This document shows positions 1 through 14,136 of a DNA stretch of 64,000 nucleotides, in pieces. Under the pieces are notes generated by a model, which saw nothing but the letters and a program-made list of their open reading frames with translations, ran no database searches and had not been told where the DNA came from. The stretch's first letter is position 1. Each line of letters starts with the position of its first letter. The DNA comes from Trichosphaerium sp. ATCC 40318 (Eukaryota; Protista; Tubulinea). Location of the stretch: assembly GCA_038496445.1 (NCBI GenBank), contig JALMLS010000175.1, forward strand, positions 248,001-312,000, in the 5' to 3' direction. The translations under genes were made by a program, and so were the position numbers.

Positions 1-199
1 TCAACACAACAATACTACCCATACGTTTTCTTAGATTTAAATATCGATCTTTGGGGATCAAGAGAAGACTAACAAACAAGAAAAAACTCAAAAAACCAAA
101 AAAAACAAAACCGCGCCCAAAACTGGAGAAGGGAAAAAAATGTCAAATGCAATCCTTCTTTTTTGCTTTCTACAAGTATTTTGTCTTGTTTATTTCTTA

Positions 200-1381
200 T
201 TATTCTACAATTTTCTTTTTTTTACAGTGTGCTCGTTTTGTTGCGAACCCAAATTCTATTGCACCTAGCCATTCATCTCTATCGCGTTGATTACGGCCTT
301 TAAGTATAATTGCGCCAGTATTTGAGCATAGAGTAAATGTGTCAATCTCGCCACATAATATCCTAGAGTAGACTTAATTGTTTGATCATGTTAAGTTATG
401 AAAAAAATACGTACTGCAACACATCAAGTCCTACAAGATTTATGACTCGTTTAAATTTACCACGTGCCACGGCTTTCTCGTTTACAAATGTAATAATACA
501 CATATTTACAATATCAAAGATACACCATCGATGTTTCTCACTGTATTATAAACAAAGCAATTAGAGTGGTTTATAAAAAAAAACAAATCAAAAAAAAAAA
601 GAAGATTTCAGTCGTACGTTCTTTTCTTACTACTTTCTGTAACAGAAAGCCATCCACTATGTATACAATGATTATGGTTCACTGCAATACGTTTCTGAGA
701 CTTATATGGTATCACAGTAGTATTCCTCCTTGTTTCTAAAGCAGTTTGTACGTCCTTTCTAATAATCAAATCTCCGAATACAAATCTTCTTCTATAGGTA
801 TTCTCTTCTGTAGCGCTATCAATTACAGCTATTTTATCACAACAAGCTATAAGTCTATCTAATTCTCTATTGTTCCTTGGTGTACGCCAACGTGTATCTT
901 CTACAATGAATTCTGGCGATGTTTGCGATCTGTTTGACTTGTATTGATTTCTTTTCTCATCTGTTATGTATAAGTGTAAATCAGCTCCTGATGACTTCCT
1001 TGGTCTACCAGAAGATATTCTATCAACGTAGATACTTGGTATCTCACCAATACGATCAAGTAAACGAGCATGTAGCCATCCTTCACCAAGATCTGCTAAA
1101 ATATCAAAAACGTCTCCAGCGTTAAAATTAAGCTCCTCTGTTCGGTGAGCTACGTAAGAAAACTTCGCCCTTCCTTTCCATCTTACTTGCTTGACATAAT
1201 CGCTTTTACGAACTAAAAAGTTTGCAGGGACTTTACCAGTCTCTCCAATAAGATTTCTAGCGGTCCACCAAGTAGACCCTTTTCTTACAATATCAAGCTT
1301 ATCTCCTTTTCTGAAGCTTAGTTCTTTATATGTACGAGCAGAATAGGCATGGTGAGCATAAGCTACAAGTATTACTTTCAT
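200..1381 (-). CDS. SH3-SH3-PH domain protein (3 exons)
   Basis: ORF 608-1381 has two SH3 domains (ELSFRKGD..WW..G..PANF; ELNFNAGD..GW..GEIPSIYV). After HSGWLSV a GTACG donor leads to exons encoding a PH domain (KHRWCIFD.. and RDRDEWLGAIE), with the stop at about 200. Confidence 0.8.
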
Positions 1382-3037
1382 TTTAGAACCTAAACAAACC
1401 GATTAATAAAAAACTTTTTGATTGAAAAAGAGGAAATTTCTTTGTTACGATTCGAAATTGAATTTGAGGAGTACTAGTCTTAAATAGCATTATAAACCAC
1501 TCAATTTAGCAATAGAGTAAAAATACCTTTAGAGCGTATTGCTATCGAAAAAGGCGAAAAAAACAAAAAAAGCGCGAAGTAACAACGATTCTAATGAACC
1601 TTGTGACTTCCTTTCTCATTAAATTGCGTACAACAGCAATCTAAAAATATCCAAAAAACCCAAAAGCGTTTTGAGGAAGTTCTTAATGAATAAAAAGGAA
1701 AAAGTGCGTAAAATAGTATATGCGCTTTCGGCGTACTTGTAGGTGCCGATGCAGGTCCTTTCTGTTTAATCATGCCTAAATTTCGGTTGTGAAACGAAAA
1801 CTTTCTCGTTCCTTCCACAAAAGCAAGTGTTTCTTGCTTATTCTTAGGTACTTCAGAGTAGTCGTCTTCTGATCGATATTCGACATTACCATCTTGTACA
1901 ACTGGTAAAACTGCAATTCTAGCTAGTATTTGAGTTGTATGAGTGTCTTCAGCAGGTAATGGAAGTAGCTGAACGTTACGGTCTTTTGGTGAGTCTTGAG
2001 AAGCATATATGCTACTAGACAGTTCTTTACTACCAGTATTAATAAATACTGGGTTTCCAGAGTCGCTCATGCTGCTTGTGTCGTAAAAAGTGGCAACTTA
2101 AGAAAAATCGGTTAGCCCAAATAGGAAATATGCAAGCCAAAATGGTGCTATTGGCTTGCAACTTGTATGTTCAACAATCTTTTGACATAATTAGTTCGTT
2201 AAAACGTACCACGGTTATGTATTTGTATTGCTGAGCTTGTTTTTTGAATTTTCTTTGTATCATACGATGTAAATGTTTGTAACTAGATGTTGTAAGTGTT
2301 TTATACGCATAACTGCGTAGGAAATATTACGATTTTGTTTGTACTCACTTGAGTGCCTTGGTTTGCACTGTAGGAAGGGGTTAGTTTGCCCTAAGATACG
2401 TTAGCGCTTTTAAAAATGACGCGTTCGTAAAAAAAACTGTAGCATCAACTTTTGCGTACAAATGAAGGCATAGAGAGCGAATGAAAGTGATCTGAAGCAA
2501 CCGTATACGATTTTTTTAATTTCGCAGGGTGATTAGGAACAGACACGCTTTTTATATGATCTTTAGTATCTCTAGGGAGCTCTATAGCAAGTACAGGCCA
2601 ACTACTCCGATTTAGCAAATTGAACAATCATCACGTCGCGAAATCACCTTTCTTGGTTTGCCATCTTTTACGCCTGATATACAATGTGTAGTTACTGGTA
2701 CACCATTCAGATTTTTGCACTGAAACCCAAAACAAAACCCACAAAAGTCAAATGGTTTAATCTGTGTACTTACAACGGCTATAATGTCACGGCGGCGCCC
2801 CACTCCGAGTTTTCGCGATACGCCACCTCCTTCTGAACATGAGTGGATGTTTCGTTTCGAGATTTGTGATCATACCGTTAGATACATATTTGCGGGTATA
2901 GAAAGCAATAATTGCGTATAACAAATTAAATTAGCAAAGGTTTCCCTACTGAGCACGCTCTGTGCCCTTTTCTAACGACCGTGAATGATGACTATCAAGA
3001 GACAGGCAACGAAGAGGGTAATTAGTTTGAGAAATAA

Positions 3038-4677
3038 ATGGCACAAACTGATTTTGTTCCAGGATGGTGGTTTTTGCTTTTAGGCGCTCAAAATATGCAA
3101 CCCGTATCCATAGAGAGCCTTGACGGGCGTCAGCAACGGTATAGCGCTCATTCTAATTAATTGCAGTTTTAACCACTTGTTAGCCTAAGAAGAGTGCGAT
3201 CAATACCTGACAATGGTGACATTGGATTCTGTTTATTACACAGACTTCGTACAAAAGGCGACAAAAACGACTGGGACCCTTGCTACGACCTAGAAATTGC
3301 TCCATTCGCCACAAAGGCACGATGACCATTTTTTAAAGGAAAAATCGATAATAATGTCATAACATACAAAATCCGTGTCTAATGAGTTTATTGTAGCGTA
3401 CAATGGACTTGCCATATTTATTTCACGTTGACAGAGAGCGAACGAGCGGTCTATCAGATAATTTTGTACTATCTTATGAATCTTCTAAACTCAACGCTGC
3501 TCGATTATTTCTACCCAAAAGTACGCTATACATCAAAACATAATGTACTTTATACTCACACATGTCATAGAGTATTTCCCTGAAGGTTTCAACCCTGTAA
3601 TACCTTCAACACCAAAACGAAAGAGTAAAATTAAAATCGCCAGTTTTGAAGATTTGGAAGAAGTCCATTACTTCTTTGACAGGTAAGGCTCTTCACAAAC
3701 TCAAAAATTGTTTTTTGGCATTGAACTATCTCCGTGTGCTCTCCACGCTCTCTACGAGCAACGAGCAGTCACGTGGGTGACGTTCTACGTCAGTGTAGTA
3801 TAAGGAGTCAAATTTTCTTTGTTCTATGTTTAATATGTTATATAGGAAGCCACCTGCATACCATGACTCTTTAGAAGGGTTTGCGGATGATTCAGTTCGT
3901 GAAGTTCTTGAACCAGCGAAAATGAGAGTTCCTGAATTAAAGGTTAGCTCCGCTTTTCCATTTTTAGTCATTTTTGAGTTAACGTGTATTTAGGAAGAGT
4001 TAAAAGCACGTGGTCTATCGACAAGAGGAAAAAAGAAAGAGCTGACAAGGCGGTTAAAGCAATCGCTGAGTTTTAGCACTTGCTTTAAGGCTGCGGACGA
4101 TGGGACTAAAAAAGAAACAAATACAAAAAAATCCAATAATAAGAAAGAAACTAAAAACACTAATCCCTCCTCCGGAGACGCTGCTAAGAAAGTGACAACC
4201 TCTTCAAAGCCATCAAATAAAAAGAAAGCGAATACGAGCAGTAACGCCAAGAGTACAACAATTCCTTCAAAAGAGGAACAAAAATCAAAACAACAAAAAA
4301 AACCGGAACAGAAACAAATCATCAAATCTAAAAGCAGTGACAATCTTCATCAAATGCTTGATGATAATACAAAGAGTATTATTCCAAAAGAACACAAAGA
4401 AGACAATAATGAACACACAGTAGTAACTGAAGAAAAACCACAATTGGAAGGTATTTTACAGCCGTCGAAAAAAAGAAAAAGAAAAGGAGTTCAACCAACA
4501 GGAAATCCTCGGCAACCGATAACTCGTGAGGAATTACAAAACATGTCTGTAAAGCAGCTTAAGTTTCTACTTAAACAAAGAAGCCTACGTCCTCAAGGAC
4601 GTAAACAAGTACTTATCGGAAGGTTACTGGGTGAGAATAACAGTAACAAAAGACAAAGAACAAGAAGGAGTCAATAA
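3038..4677 (+). CDS. multi-exon protein with two SAP (DNA-binding) domains; 5' end uncertain
   Basis: SAP motifs EELKARGLSTRGKKKELTRRL (~3993-4060) and LQNMSVKQLKFLLKQRSLRPQGRKQVLIGRLL, separated by a basic low-complexity linker. Upstream exons are only tentatively assigned. Confidence 0.6.
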
Positions 4678-4938
4678 CTTTGGAATTTGTGAAAAAAAAC
4701 TGACTCCGCGCAAATTATGTAACATAAAAATAAAGCTCAAGTACTCCCCTGACGTAATAACATAAACAAAATATCTCTCCGTAATACGAAATTGTTCACT
4801 CGGTTACTTTTAAGCATTGTGGACGTTGAATTTCTTTGAATGCTGAGAAAAAAAAAAGATCACGTGATAATTATTGAATAACAAAAAACCTTCACAAACG
4901 CTTGACCTCACGGTCATTTTTTTTTGGAGCTGTACCAG

Positions 4939-7900
4939 ATGCAAGCCACTTCATTGGAGAGCTTACAAATAACAAAGGCCACAACGGAGTTGCGGTTTAT
5001 GTACTTTAATGGCCTAATTTTAAAAATACCAACATGAGCTCTAATACCTTTTTTAATAGAGGTGAGAAATGGGTTGGCGAAAGTATAGATGGAATAGTAA
5101 ACCTTGTCGCTGCTAATAAACCAGATATTGAGACAATAACTCTAATACAATGTGGGATACAACAACTTCCTGAAATTGGTATATTAGGACATCTCAGAAC
5201 AGCTGATTTATCAAACAACTCCTTACAAGTACGTGTACACTTATTTTTGAAAAATAAATTAATAAACCATACCACGTGATCATGATAGTATCAAAATTAA
5301 GCGCATTGCGCTGTAGAAAATCATTAAAGCGACACAATTAAAGAAAAAAATGATTTTTCTGCTTGATAAATTTCATCATTTGTTAACAGTCGTTATCTTA
5401 TCGGTATGTTTACTCATACACTTATAGGGTTTACCAAATAGTTTTGAGCAATTAACAAAGCTAGAATCTTTAAATGTATCCAACAACAAATTCGAAAGAG
5501 TACCACCAGAGGTAAGCTCTCTCGTAACAGTTTTTAGTAACAAACACAAGCGCAGTTTTTTATTTATTTTTTAACAGCCTTATATCTTATTCGTAGCTAA
5601 CGCTGTATAGCTTCTAAGTATCAGTTTAAAGACACTCTATCTACAGGGAAATAGTATTTCAAGTACCTTTTACATCACGTGACTCACGCGATATCGAATT
5701 AAGACTTTACTTTTAGTGCTTCCACAGTTGTTTGGCGTATACCAAGCAAACCTTGAAGTTTTGAACCTTGGTAACAATAATCTCGATGATAAGGGGATCA
5801 TGCCTTTATTTGAGTGTACTAATCTTAAAGTACTTGAGCTTCAGCATAATAACATCACGATTGTACCTGAAGAAATCGGTCAACTCGTAAAACTACAAAA
5901 GTTTAAAATCAATTCAAACAAATTAACGTATATACCTGAAGCAATTGGAAATTTATCGGAATTGGTCGAGCTGGAGGTCCAAGAAAATGAGTTGGGTACG
6001 TTAATAACAATAATTAGAATATTAAGAAGGGTATTGGTACTTATTAATTCATCAGCGTTCCTTCCTGACAGCCTCGGAAAATTAGAAAAATTAAGTATGT
6101 TATACGCAGAATTCAATCACTTGGAAAGCCTTCCTCCTGCTCTTTCGACGCTAAAGAACTTGTTGTTGCTTATACTAAATCACAATGAATTCAAAAAGAT
6201 ACCAGCAGTCTTACGAAGTCCTTCGTTTCTTAAACAGCTTGTTCGGTACGAACATTTGATTATATGAACTGTTTCTCTTGCAAAACAGCTTTGACTTTCA
6301 AATTGTTTTCCAAAACGAGAATTTACTTTGATTGAAACACAACAAAAACTCATCTTTAATTCTTGCACATGCCGCTCAATTTCGTGTAATAACATGACAC
6401 TACGTTTCAATGTGCAGACAGTAGACAGTGTAAGAAAAAACAACCAAACTTAAGCAGATGTTTAGATTATCACTTGACGACAACCCACTACCAACAACAA
6501 TTCTCCAAAAAATCAGAAAAAATGGTGCTTTAGCTTACCTAAACGAGCGCACTTCATATGCAGTATTACGTACACAAAAGGTATCATTAAAAACACTTTG
6601 GAAAACAACACTAAAAATCCTTTGTAGTCCCCGAAGTCTCATAGAAGAAGAGCGAACTCAACTGCTCCAAGAAAAGCGTATACATTACATCCAGAAAGAA
6701 GAAGAAAACATACGTTACTTGGCGGTAGTGGTGAATACGAGAGTAGAAGAAGAAAATTAACTGTTATTGGAACACCTGCAGAGTTCTCAAGACCGAATAC
6801 TATTTCACGTGGTACTGGACCTTCAAGACCTCCACCTCAAGCACCTGCAAAAGCTCCACAGTGGAATGATTTCAAAGGATCCTATGAGACTTTTTTGGTA
6901 CGTCTTTTCTTCGACTGAAAGTCGCTGGTTGTAGTTGACAATATTGGGTGTAATTATCGTTTAGAATGATAGAGATTTTTCTGAGAACAGGTTGGAAGAA
7001 TTGAATCAAATGTCAACAGATAAAAAATGGAATTTTCTAAAAGAGTATAGACCATCAGTCACAGGTCTTAAAGCAGTACGTACACGTGTTTAAAAAGTTT
7101 GAACATAATATATTAATCTTATTAGGGAGGTGCAGATAATGTAGAATCTAGAGTCAGAAGACCAACACTCATTGATGAACCTAGTACTACGTTGGTAAAG
7201 ATTTACCATTTTTTCTTCTTTTTTGTTTTTACCAGAAAATTGTTTTTAACTTGTTTAGGTTCAAAAAACTCCAGCTGTTACGATGTCAGTACCTCAGATG
7301 CTTCAAGGGTAAGTGAAAATAAAATGGTTGATTTGGTATTGACATAAATAGACTTGAGAAAACTACACCAATGCCTTTAATGAGAACATTGAAACAAGTT
7401 AGATTACTACTAAGTGTACGGATTCTTGTCAAATTGCTGAAAACTCGATCATAATTTCTTCGTTTATAGGGTAAGTACGACACAGATATAACCACTTTCC
7501 TGGAGGCTGGTATAGCGCCATTATTAAGTGTGAATTTGGAATGCACGCAAAGGTACACTAGCAAAAAAACCGTTGCTTCATCTGAAAAAACTAAAGACCT
7601 CATAAGGCTGCCAGGTGATGCAAAGTATCGAACTCCTTTAATTGATAGTTTATATTGCATCCATTATATGTTAGAGGCAAGTTAATATAAAAAATTACAA
7701 TACCGTACTGACTTATTCTTGATAAAAGTATGCCTTTGGTCAGGTTATAACTACAACGAACTTTGCTTTAATTCTGAGCGAGAACTTAAAGTTCCAATCA
7801 AGCGCTATTCAACAACTTGCTTTGGAACGTCTTGTACAAGTTGCAGAATACTCCACCGCTGGCCATAGGTAACGTCTGATAAAAGTTTCTTTACACGTGA

Positions 7901-10900
7901 AACTCACGTGATGTCTAGAATGGCTTTAGAAGTTCTTAGCACATACGAACAAAAATATAGCTCGAAAGGCCGTTTTAGCGTTCTATTTGATATGGTAGTT
8001 GCTGATAATTCTTCTGGTTCATTGAAGGCACGTATTTACTAGTTTCTTATTAATTTTTCGTAAAGTATGCTCCAGGAAAGTGTTTAGTTTGTAGTGTTAA
8101 TCAACATCAAATTCTCGTTTTTTTCTTATTATACTCATGAAGTTTAACACTTGTGATACAGATTTGTGCGTTACATACGATAAATGTAGTTGTGGATGCA
8201 GAAGAGGATCTACCGGATAGATTTGATATGCGTGTTGATCTATGCAAGACTCATCTTTTACCACAATTGCGACAGGTACCTTCTTTGAAACAAACTGTTT
8301 TTGCTTAGCAATGCAGGTTTCTTGCAGTCTTTCTTATTTTTTTTGCTTACTTACAGCTAGGAAATCTCGAAATGGGAGTTAGATGCTCGCGAACAACAGC
8401 AGTTAGAGTCAGAGATTGATTTTTTCGAAGCAGGTTTTGAAGAAGACTATGCAGATATGAAAGCCCGAAAGGCTATTCCAAGCTCATTGGTAACAAACTA
8501 AATTTTTAGTTTTTTTTGCTTTTTGCTTATACTGTTGTCTTTCAAAGGATGGTGAGCTCCAGGCTTTGAGTAAGAAGAAGAGAGTACACCAACTAGTTGT
8601 TGTTTGTCATGCCAACTTAAAGCTATCGATCCCTTTCAACTCATCAATGACTGTACGTAGTTAATCATATTCTTGCTTCAAAGGGCGATTCGTACTGATA
8701 TCCTCATTTATAGCCTGAATCTATTCTTGCCAAAGTACACTCAAAGTACCCTATTGACACGCAATATATGTACGATATTTATGTATCACATGAAGACGTG
8801 TGGCTTAGTTCTGACAAAGACATCCTGAACAAGCTGAGCGGTGAAGTACGTTTAATTTGAAGAAAACAACAAAGTTTCATTTCGAAGATTAAGTGCAGTG
8901 TTTGAATCTAATCTATTACTTAAGGTACTTTGTGAGTATAAAATGAGAGATTGGAAACTGCGTGTAAAAAGATCACCACAATCAGCTGCTGAAAAAATAG
9001 TTGCAAACCCATCAATGACTGTACAAGAATTAATACAGAGTATATTGAACAAAAGAAAAAGAACAAAGTCATTGAACAGTACGTGTCAAAGATCACGTGG
9101 CAAAAAATATAAAACTTTAAAACCTGTTGACGCTTTCTTTCAGTACATGGTCGTTTCAAGAGTATCACAAGAAGACCATCTAACTTGGAAGCTGTTGAAT
9201 ATTGTCTTGATTTAATCACAACAAAGTCTAGCATTGGTCTTGAAAGTGATCAGAAACTATCGGACTTTAGGTCTATGATCGACTTTGATCAATCCCTAAA
9301 GATGACAAAGGATTGCCATTTCTTATTACACTCAGCAGGGCACGTCTTTAGGACTTCATATCAGACACTATTGAGCACAAACGCAAACAAATGAAAACTA
9401 ACAAGATTTTTTTAGGAAAGGCTTTGAGCGATACCCATACAAAATACGATATGATACTAAGCGTTTTATATACGCACAACCATCTAATCGCGTTGGGGAT
9501 GTATTCGAAGGCATCATAGAACGACTGAAAAAGAATGGTAATACTGTCAACCAAAACAACAACTTAACCTTTTTTTCTAGAGGAGTACAATCAAATGAAG
9601 GAAGCAAACTACTACCTCGGTCTTGTAACAGAAACAGAAGGTCAATTAGAGCGTGTTAAAATATTAGACGTTAAACGTAAAATGAGAGAACTTAACTTCA
9701 AAGTACGACCAAGAACTCAAAGCGAGTTGACATCACCCTTCCTCTCTGTTCTAACTTTTTCTCAAAAAAATCAGAATAGCTTCCTTGCTGTTCTTGCAAA
9801 GCCACAGAAAATGGAAGTAGCTATAGTACTAAAAGGAGATGCTATGCATGAAAGCGCAAAGATAAATTCATGTGATGCAGTACAGCTTACTATTGAGACT
9901 ATTTGTAAACCTGTGAGGCTCGATCCTGCGAATTTTGAATTGTACATGATATCTCCAGACATAAAGGGTTCAGGTAACTTTTTTCTTCTTTTCTTTGTCA
10001 TCTCCAAGCGTTACTCAACTTATTCTTCCCCTATAGAACCTCTTGATAGAGATAGATCCCTTTGGGCTCAAGGGTACAACCCAATCACGTGCACAATGCT
10101 CATGAGAGGTACGGGTTACTTTTCAGTAGAATGTGTTTTTAATAGTTATTTAAAGAGATTGTTCGTGAAGAAGGCACTAAGCCTGATGAAGTGACTCCGT
10201 CAAAATTTGTTACAGATTTTAATCCAGATAAGTGTGTTTCAGGTACTCTAGATGATTTACTCACATACTTGACAACAAACGGTACGAAACTAGACAAACT
10301 ATTCTGATGTTTGATTTTTCTCTTTTTTTCTGTTTTCTGACAGGATTTTTTTGTAGGCGATGAGGACTACATACAAACTCTAGCCACAATGTATTATACT
10401 TTCACAGATGCACCTACAATTTTAAAAAAGATAAGAGATCGTTGCAATGCCAAGAATTCACATGTAAAAAAACTAAAAGAAAGAGTACGCCAACCCAGAC
10501 TTTAAAGTCTTTGATTTGACATTTTCTGTAGGTCACATTGTTTTTGAAGATTTGGATCGAACAGGATTACAAGTGTGTTATTCCAGCTGTACAAACAGAA
10601 TTACTAGAATTCACAGCTTCTTTCCTAAGCTTAAATGCACAGAAGCAAATACAGGATAGCATGCGACGCACAGAGGTAAAAAAAAAACCAATTGGACCTT
10701 TCCTATTTTATTCTGATTTACTACCATAGCAACGACTTCTTAATAGGGTTAATGGAAATAAATGCACGTCCGATTTTAAGGTACAAAATGACTAGTTGTA
10801 CATCAGAAATAACCTTTTTTTGCTTTAAAAACAGCTTGCTACAAAATGCAGAGCAAATGGTGGAAAGTTAAGATTACTTGATATTGTACCTTCACGATTA

Positions 10901-11974
10901 GCATTGCACTTAAGTTACACTTCATTCTTGGACTTGAAACAAATAACTGTACGTGAAACGAACTTTGTTCATTAACACTCTTGATCCTATTGTAATTTAC
11001 ATTCTGTTTTAGCCTAAGATGCTGCTTGGTTATAAAGGAGGAAAAAGTGAAAATGATCCTTATTTCGGACCTATTAATAGACTTATCAAGTCATTCAATG
11101 AGATTATATCTTGGGTTTGTAGTTGTATTTTACTTGAAGAGCAAGTTAGAAAGAGAGCAGCTATCATGACATATTTTATTACATTGGCACAAGTAAGAGA
11201 AATCATCCAACTTTTGTTTTTTCTCAGAAAATGGTCACTTAAGCGTTTTTCTGATTTGTCTGTTTTAGGAACTACGGGTGCTTAACAATTTTCAAAGTCT
11301 TTCAGCTGTTATAGTTGCTTTGAACAGTTCCTCATTACTACGTCTGAAATGGACTCGTGGGCGTCTTTCAAACTCTGTTAAGTCGGTAAGTTACTGAAGT
11401 TGTCTTTACCTTGTTGTAAAAACTATTTTCTGATTCTTCACTTTCTAGACTTACGAGGAGCTTGAAGAGCTTATTTCAATGCTGGATTCTTTTAAAAATT
11501 ACAGAAAAGTTTTAAAAAAAGCAAAAGGTCCTTCTGTTCCTATGCTGTATGTGTTTCTAAGCGATTACAAATTGTCATTCTAATTTTTTTCTTAAAAGTG
11601 TTACACATCTTAAAGATATGACAAGTGTGGCTGAAGTTGATAATAACCATGAAGGAAAGATAAACTGGGATAAAAGAAAGAACCAATATAAAATAATCAA
11701 CGATATCATCAGATTCTCAGATCACTCAGGGTACGACACCATCTTTCAAAAAAGTTCTTGAAAAAAACCAGAAAAAACATAAGTCACGTAATTGTCACGT
11801 GATATTTTTAGCTAATTAATTGATGTATCTAACTTACTATACTAGATATGATTATACACCAGTCATGGAGATTAATACGTTCCTTAAGGATGTGCCTGTC
11901 CTCACTGAAGATCAACGATACAAAATGTCTCTTCAAAGAGAACCAAGAAAGGCAGATAGAGCCTCCATAGCTTG
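4939..11974 (+). CDS. LRR + GBD/FH3 + RA/ubiquitin-like + REM/RasGEF protein (many exons)
   Basis: Ras-group LRRs (LEVLNLGNNNL, IPEAIGNLSELVELEV); formin GBD/FH3-like segments (MSTDKKWNFLKEY, INVVVDAEEDLPDRFDMRVDL); RasGEF motifs (LIKSFNEIISWVCSCIL, NNFQSLSAVIVALNSSSLLRLKWT, YKMSLQREPR). Confidence 0.85.
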
Positions 11975-12415
11975 ACTCATGGATATACTATCGCTGGGTA
12001 TGGGATCAAGTTCTGATTCAGATATGATGATGAACTCTTGAAACAACAAAGGCGATAGTATATTACTATTCGCCTATTTGAGCATGTTGATTGAGGGGTT
12101 TCTGTTGATAAAAATAATAAAAAAACATGTAAATAATTACTAAAGAAGAAAATAAACAAAAATGACCATAAATATGACCTACAGCACTGATATCGTGAAT
12201 TAATAATTATTAAAAATACAGTAAACAATACTAACAAAAGAAAGAAACATCAGCGAGATGAAGAGTTGTGCACAGGCAAAAAGAAAAAGAAAAGGAAAAA
12301 GATAAAAGATCGTGTTTTCAGGATTTTTATTTACAATGTAGAAATGATGGTTTGTTGGATAAAGAAGTACGAGTCCTTGGGTACAAGGAAGGGAAAAAAA
12401 TGATATGTGCTAAAA

Positions 12416-13975
12416 CTAACATTTACAATCATCGCTATCCTCTGGATGACCCTTAGATGTATCCTTCTAAGCAAACAAAAGTTAGTAAACTATTTTTTTT
12501 GTCGTTGCTTGGCAACACTTGCAAGCGAGCGTAGTGAGGTTTTTTGTGATTTTTGCAAAAAAATAACGCACAGGTGGTGTTGGGGATGGTGATGTTTTTC
12601 TTAATACTCCACCTTCAGGTGTTATATCAACTCTACAAGAAGAACAATTAACAGAAGAAAAAAATAAACAAAAAAATGGCGCCATACTCTCCACTGACAA
12701 CACGTTGGTGTATGATTGACGCTGTTTTTAAAAAGGCTTCTTCTACTGAGGAACCACTATTAACAAAGTGAGTAACTAGACAACATTGTAATCAAACCAA
12801 AAAACAATTTTTTTTTTTTTGAATTGAAATTTTTTTTATCTAAGCCTTTAAAACACACGCACGTCTTTGCACTTGTCTCTATAAAAATCAAACCTACCGA
12901 GAAAATAAATCTTAGAAAAATTTGAAAGGACACCAAGAGAGAAAAACAAAAAAAAAAGAAAAAAAATAACCATACCATTTTCTTGTGCGAACTCGCTTGC
13001 TTCATTGTACGATACATCACGCTGACCTTCAAGATCTTTTTTATTTCCTACACATACAATATAAGCATAAAAACCCAATAACACTAATAAAAAAAGGCAT
13101 AACGCCCAAAGAGGCCGATATTTCAACTCGGAACAAAAACCCAAGAAAAAAACCATCAAAATGTCAACCCCGAAAAAAATCTGCGTGAAAGTGCTTTACC
13201 TATTAGCATTATGACAGTATTAGGGTTTGTAAGATTTCTCGCATCCGTTAGCCAACTTGTAAGGTGATTAAATGTGGCACGCCTTTACAAACGAAATGTC
13301 AGTAGATTGCTAAATAACTCGTCCTTGGTAGGTTCCTGTGTAGCACAGACGCCATTTTTACGTTTTTCTTTCTAGAAAAGCCATTGTGGCATTTTTTCAA
13401 ATAAATCAACGGTAACCTTCATTGACGACGCTTGTATTTAGCGTTTTACGTAAAATACAAATTCTTTCGTACCGTGTTGTATCGTAAACAAGCAAAGCGC
13501 CTGCAGCACCTCTATAGTAACTTCTAGTAACAGCACTACGTTTATAAATGAGATTTAAGGACAACATAAAAAGTTTGATTACCGAAATCGTTCCTGACCC
13601 GCTGTGTCCTATAAAAAAATAAATAAATGACTATGGTAACGCGTAATGTACCCAAATCTGCAGCTTTATTTTTTTTTGTTCAACGTCAACAAGACGCGTA
13701 CCAAATTCTACGCCTATAGTATGAGGTGAATCAGCTATGACTATTATTGTAAAGGATAAACACAGCGCAAGAGTACAACAAAAAAAAAAAACTCAAACGA
13801 AGAGGATACACCGCGATTCGGTAAATCTATGCAACAAACAAGATTTCCCGACACCCATATCGCCTAGAAAGCCAATTAGCATTTTACTCCGAAACAATAA
13901 TAGTCAAAACAACCACAAATCCCGTTTCGTACCAATGATGATGTACTTGAAGATATACTCATACTGCACATTCAT
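12416..13975 (-). CDS. rab14: Rab GTPase, Rab14-like (multi-exon)
   Basis: Spliced translation: [85 protein letters not shown], ending in a CKC prenylation motif. Confidence 0.93.
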
Positions 13976-14136
13976 CTTTTTTTGCTAATATTGAATTCTC
14001 AACTAAACTATTTGACCAAAACTGAATTTGACTAAAAAAAGCTCTCGCCAGGTATAGAAGGAATCGTAAGTTGCGTAAAAGACTTGATTGGCTATAATTA
14101 CATTACATCAATCGTTGTACATTAGTGTCGGTTGGT

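Noticed and set aside
1591-2070. 159-aa ORF on the minus strand
   Set aside because: No recognisable domain or clear gene structure; it may be a real orphan exon but cannot be supported.
13536-13582. TCCTTAA U12-type branch-like motif in a Rab14 intron
   Set aside because: The donor is GTAATC, not the U12 consensus RTATCCT; no convincing U12 intron was seen.
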